A stretch of 36,702 bases of DNA, taken from the IMG/VR virus record IMGVR_UViG_3300045988_119983; one strand, written 5' to 3'. Within the stretch, counting starts at the first letter, position 1. Each line of letters opens with the position of its first letter. A program made the position numbers and the translations under genes. The notes under the pieces were generated by a model, which was not told the DNA's origin, searched no databases, and saw only the letters and a list, made by a program, of their open reading frames with translations. Origin of the DNA: a virus. Below are positions 22,391-32,062 of this stretch, piece after piece.

Positions 22391-25300
22391 CGACTCCTTC
22401 CTGCTAACTGCTTCCTACGAGCGAGGACACCCGCGCTAATCCCCTCGACATGCGCACGGAACTGCACGCCGTCATCGAGGACCAGATTCACCTGCGCCCC
22501 ATCAAGCGAGACACCCGCACCCGCTCCACTAGCCGCGAGCGCGGAGACGTCGGCCCATTGGCGGGCGGTGAGGATTGCTTCGCGCTGGCCGGTTTGGTTG
22601 ACTGCGGCGGTGACTCCGTCGGGGAGCCAGCCTCCACGGTCGTACTTGCGTGCGCCGCCGTAACGTCCGACCGATGGGGATCCCCAGATCGCTGTCTTGC
22701 GAGCGCTCAGTCCGGGCCTGGGTTCCTCGATCATCTGGCCGTTGCCTGCGTAAACAGCGACGTGCCAGGCGGGCGATCCCCAGTAGAGGAGGTCGCCGGG
22801 GGTTGCCGAGCCCCAGGGGACGGGTGTTGAGCCGGACTGGTATCCGGCAGCGGTGAGTCGCGGCCAGCCAAGGCCGAGCTGCTGCGCGGCCCAGTAGACG
22901 AGGCCGGAGCAGTCGAGGCCGGGCGGGATTGCCGAGCCACCCCAGACGTAGGGCACCCCCATTAGAACTGCCTTCATGGCTGCGCCGACGAGGCCCGCGC
23001 CGCCTGATAGCCCGGACTCGTTGACCTTCGAGGTGAACATGCTTTTCAGGCCGTCGAACAGCATCGGCGGGATCCCGTAGGCCACGCTCTCCCAGAAGCT
23101 GCCGTCCTTCGGGGAGAGCAGATCGCGCGCCGGCTTGATGACCAGGTTTGCGATTGCCGCAGCGGGATCGGTGACGATCTCCGCGACCGCCTCCGTCGTT
23201 TCCTTCACCCAGTCCAGGGCGCCGGAGAAGCCGCCCCGCACGGCGTTCCAGATGCCGCCGTTAGCGAAAGCGACTTCGCCGCGGCGGCGTCCGGTCTCTC
23301 CGACGGTCGCGAGTCCGGAGCCGCGCGAGGCGTTGACACGGTCGAGCCAGGGCTTCCCGCCGAGCGCGCGCAGTGCGTCGGGGCGGATGATGCCCTCGCC
23401 GCCAGACAGGCGCAGCGCGCCGCCCCCGTCCGGGCTGTAGAAGTGATAGATGTCCTTGCCGGGCGAGTAGCCGGGCGTCATGGTGGAGAACACGCCGCCG
23501 GTCGCGTAGGCCGGAATGGCCTTCACGTCCGGGAGCCTCACGGAGAGGCCGACCTTCGCGGCGATGGTGTCGAAAGCTGCCTTAATGCCGTCCCTGTAGA
23601 CCGTCGTGATGACAAAGTTGATCGGCTTTGCGGCGGCGCCCTTGATCTTCTCGAACACCGACTCGACCGACTGGCGGAAAGACTCGAAGCTCTCCTTCAT
23701 GCCGCCGATCGCGTTCTTGATCGCTGGGAAAACCACATCGACGATGACCGACGAGGCGACTTGCACCGCCGACGAGATTTTGTCCCACACAGGCTTGATG
23801 ACCGAGTCATACAGCCAGGTGAAGGTCGGGCCGAGCGTCGAGGAGATCGCGCTGCCAATCGCAGAGAAGATCGGGGACAGGATTCCCCAGACCGTCTGGA
23901 TCGCTGAGCTGATCCCATTCCAGGCCGTCACTACGGTTGTCCACAGGCCCTCGAAGGCCAGGCCGATAGTTCCCGAAACAACCGTCGCCAGCAGATCAAA
24001 CAGCGGATACAGAACGTTATCCCAGACAGCAAGGATGAACGTCGACACGTTCGTCCAGACCGGCTCGACAACGTCCTGCCAGAAGCTCCACAGTGCGGGC
24101 ATGAGTGTGTCTCGGAAGAAGCCCGCGAGCGCCTGCATAGCCGGGTAAATCACGGCCCAGGCTGACTGGACTGCCGAGGCGAAGCCCTCCCACAACGGCT
24201 TGATGACCGTCTCCCAGAGGGTTTTCAGGACAGGCCAGATGACCCGGGAGATGATCGTCCACAGGGCCATGAGGGTAGGCCGGATGACGGCGGTCCAGGC
24301 GAGAGCGAGGCCCGAGCCGATCCCCTCAAACAGGGGCTGCAGTACGGTCGACCAGAAGTTCTGGAGGCCCGGCCACAGGGTGCCCGATATCCAGTCCCAC
24401 GCCGCCTCAAGGGACGGCTTGATCTGGTCCGTCCATGCCGTGTAGGAGATCTCTCCGACCGCGAGGAGCGCGTCCCTCAGCGTGAAGAAAAAGTCGACGA
24501 GCGCCGAGTCCTCCTCAAGGCCAAAGAGATTACCGTCGTAATCGCCGGTCGTGAGGATGCCCCACGCCGACTCGATGCCCGGGATGAGCGTGTTCTTCGT
24601 GTAATCGACGAAAGCGTCGATAACGGGCGTGACGTTGGTCGTCCAGAACTCCGCGATGCCGGCACCGAGCGAGTTGATCGCGTTCGCGACATCCTCGTTC
24701 GTGTTGTACAGGTAGATCAGGCCAGCGACGAGCGCGCCGATAGCCACGACCGCCAAGCCGATAGGGTTCGCAGCCATTGCCGCGTTGAGCCCCTCCTGCA
24801 CGAGCGTCGTGTTCTTGATCCACTCGATCACAGTCGTGAGCACTGAAAAACCCCAGTACGCAGCGACCGCGATCCCGATCCCCTCGCCGAGCGCGACCAG
24901 TAAGTCTTTGTGCTCCTTGATCCACCCGAAGGCGTTCGAGAACATGTCCGACAGCCAGCCCATCAGGTCTGTGATCGTGGGCTTCATGTAGTCGACGAGA
25001 TCCTTCACGCCGCCCATGATCGTGGCCTGGAGGTTTCCGGCGGCGTTCTCGATACGGCTCGTATCGCGAGCCGCGTTCGCTGCGACCTCATCGAAGCCGA
25101 GGCTCAGCAAAGCCTCGTTAAATTCCTGCGCCGAGATCTGACCCTGGGCCATTGCATCGCGGAAATTGCCCGTATAGGCGCCCGCGTCCAGGAGGGCTTT
25201 CTGAATCTTCCCGGACGCGCCGGGGATCGCGTTCGCGATCTGATTCCAATCCTGCGTCGCTAACTTGCCGGCACCGTTGACCTGCACGAGCGCCAGGCCA

Positions 25301-26076
25301 ACCTGCTTGTAGGTCTCAGCAGAGCCACCCGCGACAGCGTTCAGATTGCCCGCAGCTTCCGCGAGCTTGTCGAAGCCCTCGACATCGTTCGCCGCAAGCT
25401 GCGACGTAATGCCCTGAATATCCGAGAGATCGTAAACGGTCTCGTCGGCGTACTTCTGCGCAGCTGCTCCCAGCTCTTCGATCCGATCAGGATCAATGCC
25501 AGCGAACTTCAGGGTGTCCGCGAATTTTTGGGTCGCGTCAGACGCGGCGATAGCCTCGGAGACGAAGCCGCCGATGCCCACAGCAGCGGCCAGTGCAGCC
25601 AGGGGCGCGATCGCGTTCTGAGCAAAGCCCGCCATAGAGGAGAAGCCCGAGCCGGCCTCGCGCATGCTGCCCGCAGCCGAGCCAGCCGAGGACGAAGCCC
25701 CATCGAGCGCGCGCGCCGCCGAATCAACCGGCCCGCGAGCGCGGCCCGCTTCGGCCCCCATTGTGGATAGGCTTCGGCCTGCTCCGTCGGCGGCGCGCTG
25801 CATGCCGCTCGTTGAGGACTGAAGCCCCTTTGTCATCGCGTTGACGCTGTTTTTTACGTCGCTTGCGGCGGCGTCGAGGGGCTGGCTGATGCTCTTTGCG
25901 ACCTGTGCGCCGCTGGTGCCTACACCTGCGCGTAGGCCGTTTGCGAAGTCTTTACCGGCGCTCTGCCCAATATTGGGCAGCTGTGCTTTGGCGTCGGTCT
26001 CGACTGTCTTGAAGAATCCCCTCATGCTGGGGACTACGTCAACGTAGAGCGTTCCCGCCTTGTAGACTCCAGCCAT
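22387..26076 (-). CDS. Tape measure protein with C-terminal NlpC/P60-like peptidoglycan hydrolase domain
   Basis: 1229 aa with Ala/Gly-rich and hydrophobic core segments. VPYVWGGSAIPPGLDCSGLVYWAA...HVAVYAGNGQMIE. Confidence 0.85.
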   Translation of the reverse strand: MAGVYKAGTLYVDVVPSMRGFFKTVETDAKAQLPNIGQSAGKDFANGLRAGVGTSGAQVAKSISQPLDAAASDVKNSVNAMTKGLQSSTSGMQRAADGAGRSLSTMGAEAGRARGPVDSAARALDGASSSAGSAAGSMREAGSGFSSMAGFAQNAIAPLAALAAAVGIGGFVSEAIAASDATQKFADTLKFAGIDPDRIEELGAAAQKYADETVYDLSDIQGITSQLAANDVEGFDKLAEAAGNLNAVAGGSAETYKQVGLALVQVNGAGKLATQDWNQIANAIPGASGKIQKALLDAGAYTGNFRDAMAQGQISAQEFNEALLSLGFDEVAANAARDTSRIENAAGNLQATIMGGVKDLVDYMKPTITDLMGWLSDMFSNAFGWIKEHKDLLVALGEGIGIAVAAYWGFSVLTTVIEWIKNTTLVQEGLNAAMAANPIGLAVVAIGALVAGLIYLYNTNEDVANAINSLGAGIAEFWTTNVTPVIDAFVDYTKNTLIPGIESAWGILTTGDYDGNLFGLEEDSALVDFFFTLRDALLAVGEISYTAWTDQIKPSLEAAWDWISGTLWPGLQNFWSTVLQPLFEGIGSGLALAWTAVIRPTLMALWTIISRVIWPVLKTLWETVIKPLWEGFASAVQSAWAVIYPAMQALAGFFRDTLMPALWSFWQDVVEPVWTNVSTFILAVWDNVLYPLFDLLATVVSGTIGLAFEGLWTTVVTAWNGISSAIQTVWGILSPIFSAIGSAISSTLGPTFTWLYDSVIKPVWDKISSAVQVASSVIVDVVFPAIKNAIGGMKESFESFRQSVESVFEKIKGAAAKPINFVITTVYRDGIKAAFDTIAAKVGLSVRLPDVKAIPAYATGGVFSTMTPGYSPGKDIYHFYSPDGGGALRLSGGEGIIRPDALRALGGKPWLDRVNASRGSGLATVGETGRRRGEVAFANGGIWNAVRGGFSGALDWVKETTEAVAEIVTDPAAAIANLVIKPARDLLSPKDGSFWESVAYGIPPMLFDGLKSMFTSKVNESGLSGGAGLVGAAMKAVLMGVPYVWGGSAIPPGLDCSGLVYWAAQQLGLGWPRLTAAGYQSGSTPVPWGSATPGDLLYWGSPAWHVAVYAGNGQMIEEPRPGLSARKTAIWGSPSVGRYGGARKYDRGGWLPDGVTAAVNQTGQREAILTARQWADVSALAASGAGAGVSLDGAQVNLVLDDGVQFRAHVEGISAGVLARRKQLAGRSR

Positions 26077-26096
26077 TCCGGTGTTCCTCTCTTTGA

Positions 26097-26552
26097 TTAT
26101 TCTTCGGTGTCCTCCCAGTGTGGGAGTAGCGCCTTCATGGCTTCATCTCGGAAGTCGTGAAGGTGGTCGGCGCGTGCGTCCTCGAGTGCGAGCTCGACCG
26201 CTGACACCGGACGCGGGTACGGCTCTTTGCCGCCGAAGGCTGCGGACACCAGGTCGAAAATATCCTGCAGGAGACGCACGACTGGGGTCTGCTCACGCAT
26301 CCGCGCCTCGGTGTCGTCTGTGGTCGCTTCGGTCTCCGCGACAGTGCGCGCGATCTCCTCGAAGCGATCTGGATCGTTGAGGATCGCGACGGTTGTCCTG
26401 CTCGTCGACGCGAGGCTGTCGATGAGTGTGAGGAGGAAGCGCCAGCGGCGGGCGCGGAACAGGGCCGGGACATCCCAGCCCTGCTCCGCGAGATCGGAGA
26501 CGATCTGCCTCTCGTACCGACTTAGTCGGTCGTAGAGGCGTTGCCTTCCCCC
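26097..26552 (-). CDS. Tail assembly chaperone frameshift extension (T part of G/GT), no start codon of its own
   Basis: The -1 frame is open from the G5 tract through ...RYERQIVSDLAEQGWDVPALFRARRWRFLLTLIDSL...MREQTPVV...HWEDTEE*. Confidence 0.7.
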   Translation of the reverse strand, partial: GGRQRLYDRLSRYERQIVSDLAEQGWDVPALFRARRWRFLLTLIDSLASTSRTTVAILNDPDRFEEIARTVAETEATTDDTEARMREQTPVVRLLQDIFDLVSAAFGGKEPYPRPVSAVELALEDARADHLHDFRDEAMKALLPHWEDTEE

Positions 26553-26863
26553 GCGTCGCCCAGCATGCCCTGATAGTGCTCGGAAGCCTGACGGATCAGG
26601 ATGCCGAGCTGGCGCATGTTGAGCTTGCTGAGGAGCAGGTCCGCATCCTCTGCGGTGAGCCAGGTGCGGATCATCTGCGTCGGAGCCTTCGAGGACTCCA
26701 TCGCGGCCATGAACCTCTCAGCGGCCTCGGGCGTGAGGCTCAGCGGATCCGGGAAGCTGATGACCTGGCTACCGATCCCGAAAGTGAACGGGGCCGGGGC
26801 CGCAGCCTTCTCCAGCTTCGCGAGGGCATTGAACGTGAACGTAGGCTGTGCCTTGTCAGACAT
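26522..26863 (-). CDS. Tail assembly chaperone (G)
   Basis: 113 aa, lying between the major tail and tape measure genes. Confidence 0.75.
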   Translation of the reverse strand: MSDKAQPTFTFNALAKLEKAAAPAPFTFGIGSQVISFPDPLSLTPEAAERFMAAMESSKAPTQMIRTWLTAEDADLLLSKLNMRQLGILIRQASEHYQGMLGDAGEGNASTTD

Positions 26864-26896
26864 GTGTGATCTCCTTGTTATTTGTCTGGCGGTTGG

Positions 26897-27103
26897 TTAC
26901 TTGTTGAAGGTGGGCGGGGCGGGCAGCGTCGGCTTCTCGTCGCCGTCCTTCGAGTCGTCGGCGGGCGACCATCCCTGCGAGATGAGCTGGTTCTGCTCGA
27001 CGGCAGCGTCGGTCTCGCGCTCCAGCTTGAGCTCGTCGCCGGTATCGGTCTTGACAGTCTTGAGGAACTTCATCTTTGGTCCTATCCGTGAGGTGATCTC
27101 CAT
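26897..27103 (-). CDS. Small acidic protein (68 aa, or 58 aa from ATG 27073)
   Basis: High GC3 from MKFLKTVKTD onward. Confidence 0.5.
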   Translation of the reverse strand: MEITSRIGPKMKFLKTVKTDTGDELKLERETDAAVEQNQLISQGWSPADDSKDGDEKPTLPAPPTFNK

Positions 27104-27118
27104 GCGTGAGTTGTGGAC

Positions 27119-27153
27119 GGGCGGGCCGTGGGGAGATCAACCACGGCCCGCCC
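27119..27153 (-). terminator. Perfect 13-bp hairpin after the major tail gene (attenuator or terminator)
   Basis: gggcgggccgtgg-ggagatcaa-ccacggcccgccc. Confidence 0.5.
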
Positions 27154-27168
27154 GAGATCAAGAGCAGA

Positions 27169-27831
27169 TCAGTTAGCCTGCTCGAAACCGATCGCGTCGC
27201 GGTGACGGATCGCACCGCTGCCGCCGATGTAGTGGCGGCAGGACGTGCCCGCCGTCTCGTCCATGAACGCGGCGAACTCGAGGTCGAACTGCATCGCGTC
27301 CGACGCTGCCCACTTCTCGTCGGGCAGCGAGGAGAGCTTCACGCGCGGGTAACAGCGCCCGATCAGCCACTCGTCGGCGGCAGGACCGTCTGCCATGACC
27401 AGCAGAAGGCGATATTCTGCGAGTGCCGGGATCGCGGCCTCGTCGAAGGTGATCTCGCCAGTGGTCTTGGAGGCCTTGGTCTGCGACAGGTCGATGCCGT
27501 AGACGAGCTGCTGGATCGTCTTGCGGACCGGCTCCAGGACCGTGAGCTTCACCGACTTGGGCGCGCCGGTCAGGTCAGACCTGACTGCCTCCGCATATCC
27601 GAGGGCTTCGACCTCTTCGTTCTTCGCATCGGCGGAGAAGGTGATGCCGTCGGTCGTAATGAGACCCAGGGGCATGAAATCGGTGGGGATCTCCTTGAGG
27701 GCGCCGCCCGCGTCAGTGATCGCCGCCGGGACTGCCGTCGTCATCGGGGCCAGGAACGCGAGTGCGTTCAGGCCCTTACGCACGTTGGACGTGCGGTTGT
27801 GCTTCTTCTTGAGGGCTTCGATGGTGGTCAT
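27169..27831 (-). CDS. Major tail protein
   Basis: 220 aa, upstream of the chaperone pair and followed by a strong hairpin. Confidence 0.75.
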   Translation of the reverse strand: MTTIEALKKKHNRTSNVRKGLNALAFLAPMTTAVPAAITDAGGALKEIPTDFMPLGLITTDGITFSADAKNEEVEALGYAEAVRSDLTGAPKSVKLTVLEPVRKTIQQLVYGIDLSQTKASKTTGEITFDEAAIPALAEYRLLLVMADGPAADEWLIGRCYPRVKLSSLPDEKWAASDAMQFDLEFAAFMDETAGTSCRHYIGGSGAIRHRDAIGFEQAN

Positions 27832-27859
27832 GCGAGCCTTCCCTTCATGTCAGTTGATG

Positions 27860-28252
27860 TCATTCTGAGATTGGCCTGTGCGTGACCGTTGCCGTCATAT
27901 GGACGACCTCGACAGCCTCGTAATAAGGCTGCACGCCCAGGGTCGATTCGACCTCTGCTTCATCTACCCAGCCGGACGCGCCGACGACCGGACGGACCGC
28001 GAGCGCCCCCTCGATCTTGTCCGCGAGCGCTGAGGCTCCGGCTTCGGCGGGTGAGGCCGGGGTCTTTGCGTAGATGGATATTGAGATCGTGTCGGCTCGG
28101 TCGTATTCGCCGGGGTCGGCGTTTACGAGCGAGACGTGTGCGAGTGGAAGCGGCCCGTCGGTGAAGCCGGGCTGCAGGACTCGTGCAGTCGGGATGCCGG
28201 TCGCCGCGGTGATTGCATCGCGGATGACCTGGACTGCGTCGGTGTAGGTCAT
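27860..28252 (-). CDS. Tail terminator or head-tail joining protein (by position)
   Basis: 130 aa with an ATGA overlap to the upstream gene. Confidence 0.55.
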   Translation of the reverse strand: MTYTDAVQVIRDAITAATGIPTARVLQPGFTDGPLPLAHVSLVNADPGEYDRADTISISIYAKTPASPAEAGASALADKIEGALAVRPVVGASGWVDEAEVESTLGVQPYYEAVEVVHMTATVTHRPISE

Positions 28253-28596
28253 CGTGACCGCCTCCGTTTAGATCTGGCTCCGAGGAGTGCTCGGAGAGTG
28301 TGTGCGCCAGGGACCGGCTTCCCGGTTCTCGAGCGATGACCGAACTCGACAGCGAGCGCGTGCGGCGCGTCGTTGTAGACGCGACCAACGTCTCGAACCG
28401 GACCTCCCGGCCTGAGCGGCGCTTTCGTCGTTTCGGCCTTGTATGAGTCGGCGAGGCTGTCGGTGAGGCCTCTCGGGGCGGCGGCTGCTGCTGCTGCCCT
28501 GAGCTGCTCGGCTTCCTTGTGGAGGCCGGGCGCGAGGGCGCCGCTTTGTAGGAAGCCCTTGATTCCGGCTGAGTCCCGGCGGAAGTTGTTCCCCAC
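28249..28596 (-). CDS. HK97 gp10-like head-tail joining protein
   Basis: VYNDAPHALAVEFGHRSRTGKPVPGAH pattern, plus position. Confidence 0.6.
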   Translation of the reverse strand: MGNNFRRDSAGIKGFLQSGALAPGLHKEAEQLRAAAAAAAPRGLTDSLADSYKAETTKAPLRPGGPVRDVGRVYNDAPHALAVEFGHRSRTGKPVPGAHTLRALLGARSKRRRSR

Positions 28597-28600
28597 GGTC

Positions 28601-28939
28601 TCACCTCCGGTTGATGGTGACTGCGACGCCTTTCGGCCAAGGGGACGGCGGCGACTCGACTTGCCATTTCCCGCCGAGCGGGTGCTCAGCTGGGATTGTG
28701 ATCCTGTCGCCGACAGCGAGCGTCGTTCCCGGTGGCGCGTACAGCGTCGCTTGCTCGTCGGGTTGCTCCGATGTCGGCGACGTCAGCAAGCCCGGGACCG
28801 TGAAGGCCCCCGGGGCGACGAGACAACCGCCGATCAGCCTCCCGCCTATCCCCTTAATCAGGTATCCGTCAGCGTCCCTGCGGACACTTCCCTCAACCTG
28901 AACCGGGGTCCGCCACTCTTCCATCGGCTCCCGGCTCAT
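28601..28939 (-). CDS. Head-tail adaptor or head closure protein (112 aa)
   Basis: Start MSREPMEEWRTPVQVEG at the ATGA overlap 28936-28939. The rest of track ORF 28601..29638 is off-frame. Confidence 0.6.
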   Translation of the reverse strand: MSREPMEEWRTPVQVEGSVRRDADGYLIKGIGGRLIGGCLVAPGAFTVPGLLTSPTSEQPDEQATLYAPPGTTLAVGDRITIPAEHPLGGKWQVESPPSPWPKGVAVTINRR

Positions 28940-29517
28940 GCTTCCATCACCCACACATGGCCCGAGCGTCGCGGCCTGAACGAGTCCGCGAGCGCCTGGT
29001 CGTCGGGGGAGAGGAGAGCTTGGCCTCCGATTGCCCAGCTGGCGTACTGCCTGGTCTGGGTGAACGGGCCGGTCGTGTCCGTGGCCTGGGTAGCTCCGTG
29101 CGCTGCGGCGGCGTCGATCGACATGATGCGGCGCGCGCTGTCGGCGAGTTGGAGCCGGACGGCGGCGGGGACTTCGTCGAGGCCGGCGGAGTAGGAGACG
29201 ACAAGGAAGTCGGACGCTGGCTTGTCGACCTGGACGAAGCCGTGCCGAAGCTTCCAGGCGACCGGCGTCCCGTCGTCTGTGGTCACCGAGTAGACGGCGA
29301 TGAGCGGGGTCCGAGTGGGGAAGAGGCGACCGCCGCCGTCGACCTTGAGGCGGTGCGTGTACTGCTCGACGGTGAAGGTCTGGCGGGCTCGGTCTCGGAA
29401 AGCTGCTGAGAGCTTGTCGAGGACGAACTCCGCGCGGCGCTTCTCCGTCTCGTTGAGGTCGCGGCCTAGTGCTGCTTCCAAGTCCGAGACGGATGCGAGC
29501 GGTAGGTCGGCGGTCAT
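28936..29517 (-). CDS. Head-tail connector (gp6-like) protein
   Basis: 193 aa, following the capsid gene. Confidence 0.6.
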   Translation of the reverse strand: MTADLPLASVSDLEAALGRDLNETEKRRAEFVLDKLSAAFRDRARQTFTVEQYTHRLKVDGGGRLFPTRTPLIAVYSVTTDDGTPVAWKLRHGFVQVDKPASDFLVVSYSAGLDEVPAAVRLQLADSARRIMSIDAAAAHGATQATDTTGPFTQTRQYASWAIGGQALLSPDDQALADSFRPRRSGHVWVMEA

Positions 29518-29525
29518 CTCTCCTC

Positions 29526-29702
29526 CTACTTCTTGGTCTTTGCCGGAGCGGGCTCCGGATCCTCGATGTCCTCGATGTCCTCGACAGGCTCGACAGGCTC
29601 GATGCCGTCTGCGACAGCCTCGACGATGCCGGCGGCAATCATCGCGGTTGCGACCTGATCCTCGACCTCGATCTCAAGGTTGTTGGTTCCACGGACGAGC
29701 AT
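29526..29702 (-). CDS. Small very acidic protein (58 aa) after the capsid gene
   Basis: Own translation: MLVRGTNNLEIEVEDQVATAMIAAGIVEAVADGIEPVEPVEDIEDIEDPEPAPAKTKK*. Its ATG overlaps the capsid stop. Contains 9-bp tandem DNA repeats. Confidence 0.55.
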   Translation of the reverse strand: MLVRGTNNLEIEVEDQVATAMIAAGIVEAVADGIEPVEPVEDIEDIEDPEPAPAKTKK

Positions 29703-30550
29703 CAGACCCCCTTAAAGACCTGAACGGCGGTCGGGCGCAGCACCTTGCCGCCGTACACGTGCAGGCCACGGACGCGGTCGGCGAAGGTGTTCTCGGCGCG
29801 CATGCTCTCGACCTTCGAGATCTGAGAGACGTAGGCAACCGAGGGCTTGTGCAGGCCGATCGCCATAGGCTTGGTGTTGTCCATCCACGGGGACACGACG
29901 ACGTCGAAGCCGAGGAGGCGACCGATGATCGCTTCTCGCAGGCCGTCGGTCGTGTTGGCCTTGTCGAAGGCCGTGAGCTTCGAGCCGTCGGAGAGCAGGA
30001 AGTTCTCGAACTTCGCGTTCACGAGCAGGACGCGACCTGCCTGCGGCACCTTTGCGTCGGTGAGCTTGCCTCGCAGGGCCAGCGCGACGTTGTAGGCAGA
30101 GGCCCAGTCCGTGGGGTTTGCGATGCCCGTTGCCGCCGTGCCCTGCGTGGACAGCAGTCCGGTGAGGAAGGCTTCCGCGTCCTCGACCAGGCCGATACCG
30201 GCGGACTCGGTGTACTTGTCGAAGCTCTTGTTCGCCTGTGCGCGGTCGATGTCATCGACGAGGAAGTCGAAGGACTTCTCCTGATCGACGACCAGCTCGA
30301 TACCCGTGTCGGCGACCGTGTCGGGCGCGGTTGTGCGCGGCTGCTTGCCGCCGCCGGACGCGGCGGGGAGGACGCCGGTCTTGTAGTCCTTGACCTTGAC
30401 GTCGACGATGCCGGCGATGTGGATCTTCGATCCGGAGGTCAGTGCGCCCTCGTACTCGCGGTTCGTCAGGCCGGTCAGGACAGCCTGGTTACGGAAGCTC
30501 TCCAGGATGGAGGCCGACCAGACTTCGGGGATGAAGTTCGTGTTAGCCAT
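29702..30550 (-). CDS. Major capsid protein
   Basis: 282 aa, directly downstream of the scaffold gene. Confidence 0.8.
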   Translation of the reverse strand: MANTNFIPEVWSASILESFRNQAVLTGLTNREYEGALTSGSKIHIAGIVDVKVKDYKTGVLPAASGGGKQPRTTAPDTVADTGIELVVDQEKSFDFLVDDIDRAQANKSFDKYTESAGIGLVEDAEAFLTGLLSTQGTAATGIANPTDWASAYNVALALRGKLTDAKVPQAGRVLLVNAKFENFLLSDGSKLTAFDKANTTDGLREAIIGRLLGFDVVVSPWMDNTKPMAIGLHKPSVAYVSQISKVESMRAENTFADRVRGLHVYGGKVLRPTAVQVFKGV

Positions 30551-30575
30551 TGTGGCTCCTTTCGCGGGCTCGCTG

Positions 30576-31157
30576 TCAGGCGAGGCCCATCACGTCGTTG
30601 AGTTGGCCCGCTCGGCGGGCCTGGTTGATCTGCTCGGCACTCATGGTCTTGAGGTCCTCGCGTGTGAGTTGCTTACTCGACCTGATCTCTTCACCTCGAT
30701 GCCCCGCGTCGGACGCCGGGGCGCCCTTCGGGATCTGCGCTCCTCGCCACGCCAGCAGACGATCCGCAGACGCTTCCAGCTCCTCCAGCGTCGAGCCGGA
30801 CAGCAGATCAACGTCCACACCCTTCGCCGCGGCGACCTGTGCTCGCGTCGCCTGGACTTCAAGGGCCTTCACGCGGGCCTCAGCCTGCGCAGCCTTATCG
30901 AGAGCCTTCTGCAGCTCCGTCTTGCCCTGCTCCTCGTGCTCGTCGAACAGGCGCGCCTTCTCGGCGTTTTCCTTCGCACGCGCTTCGTTCTGACGTGAGA
31001 GTGCCTTCCACCTCTTCGCTTCGGCTTCCCAGTCCTTTGCCTGCTCCGTTTCGGCAGCAGCCTCCGAGACCTGAGCCTCATCCGCTTCCCCGCCCGCAGG
31101 CGCGTCGGCGGAATCAGCGAAACGCAGATGCGGTCGCTCGTGCAGGTGAATCTTCAT
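30576..31157 (-). CDS. Scaffolding protein
   Basis: 193 aa, Glu/Ala/Lys-rich coiled coil, upstream of the capsid gene. Confidence 0.75.
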   Translation of the reverse strand: MKIHLHERPHLRFADSADAPAGGEADEAQVSEAAAETEQAKDWEAEAKRWKALSRQNEARAKENAEKARLFDEHEEQGKTELQKALDKAAQAEARVKALEVQATRAQVAAAKGVDVDLLSGSTLEELEASADRLLAWRGAQIPKGAPASDAGHRGEEIRSSKQLTREDLKTMSAEQINQARRAGQLNDVMGLA

Positions 31158-31250
31158 GGTCGATCAGTCCTCCCGTTTCGGGTAGCCTCCCCCGCGAGCG
31201 CCGTTGCGGCCTTGGCGGGGCTTGATTGTGCGGCACGGCTGGTTTAGGCG

Positions 31251-32060
31251 TTACGCCTTGTCCGCCATGCCGCTTTGCTTTGGGGTTTTCGGTTCTGCCC
31301 ACGTCAAAGTGGCGCCGTATTCCCCGTGTGCCTCGACTCGGATTAGCTTCCGGTAGTCGGGCGTTCTGCCTCCTCGGTCGGCTTCTCCGAGCCGGTCGGC
31401 AGCGATCTTGTGGACCTGCTCCAGGCGGTCCTCGTCGATGACCTGCTGGCCTGCCGCCTCGGGCGGTAGCGGCTGCACGTCGCAGTCGCATCCCGGATGG
31501 ATCGGGAGCAGATCTTCCTTGTAGTAGCGCTGCGTCGATGCGACGACGCAGAGGCCGCAGTTCTCGCGGCCCGTGAGCACGCGCCGGTAATACGAGCCCG
31601 TGTCCGGGTAGGCGCGCATCACTTGTCGGGATGCGTGTACCTTCGCGAGCTGAGCGTCGCCGCCGATCAGCTGAGTCAAACGCAGGCGCCCCTCAGAGAC
31701 CGCCTGCTCGACAGGCTTCCCGTCAGACAGTGCCTTGTACACGTCGACCGCAGGGCGGCGGTACACCGTCCGGGGATCGACGCCGCGAGCGCCGAGAATA
31801 TCCGCCTTGTCGAGGGGCGGGACGACGAGCTTCCAGCCGAGCTCGTGGGCGCAGCGTGCGAGGTAGGCGCGGGTCAGGTCCGCGATGCGGAGCTGACCGG
31901 CGGTGACCCTGGGGATGATCGCGTCGATCATCTCCTCGACGGCGCTCGCCCTGTAGTTCGGCATGGAGTCCCAGTAGGCCTCGCCGAACTTCGTGATCTG
32001 TGTGCGCACGGCGTGGACCTGGGTACTGTAGACACTCGTGAGGTCGTCCAGGTCCGTCAT
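31251..32060 (-). CDS. MuF-like head morphogenesis or minor capsid protein
   Basis: Start MTDLDD (SD GAGGAG, 8 nt upstream). LTGRENCGLCVVAS...PIHPGCDCDVQP. Confidence 0.7.
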   Translation of the reverse strand: MTDLDDLTSVYSTQVHAVRTQITKFGEAYWDSMPNYRASAVEEMIDAIIPRVTAGQLRIADLTRAYLARCAHELGWKLVVPPLDKADILGARGVDPRTVYRRPAVDVYKALSDGKPVEQAVSEGRLRLTQLIGGDAQLAKVHASRQVMRAYPDTGSYYRRVLTGRENCGLCVVASTQRYYKEDLLPIHPGCDCDVQPLPPEAAGQQVIDEDRLEQVHKIAADRLGEADRGGRTPDYRKLIRVEAHGEYGATLTWAEPKTPKQSGMADKA

Positions 32061-32062
32061 GC

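Noticed and set aside
20780-22663. Very long Arg/Pro/Ala-rich ORFs on the opposite strand or in shifted frames. Examples are 20780..22663 +, 7144..8346 +, 29300..30601 +, 33628..34584 +, 35813..36397 -, and the N-terminal parts of 28601..29638, 18446..19486, 9688..10452 and 3903..5300.
   Set aside because: - Open frames of this kind are expected in GC-rich DNA.
- Their composition is Arg/Pro/Gly/Ala-dominated.
- They overlap ORFs with recognisable motifs, ATGA coupling and proper SD sites.
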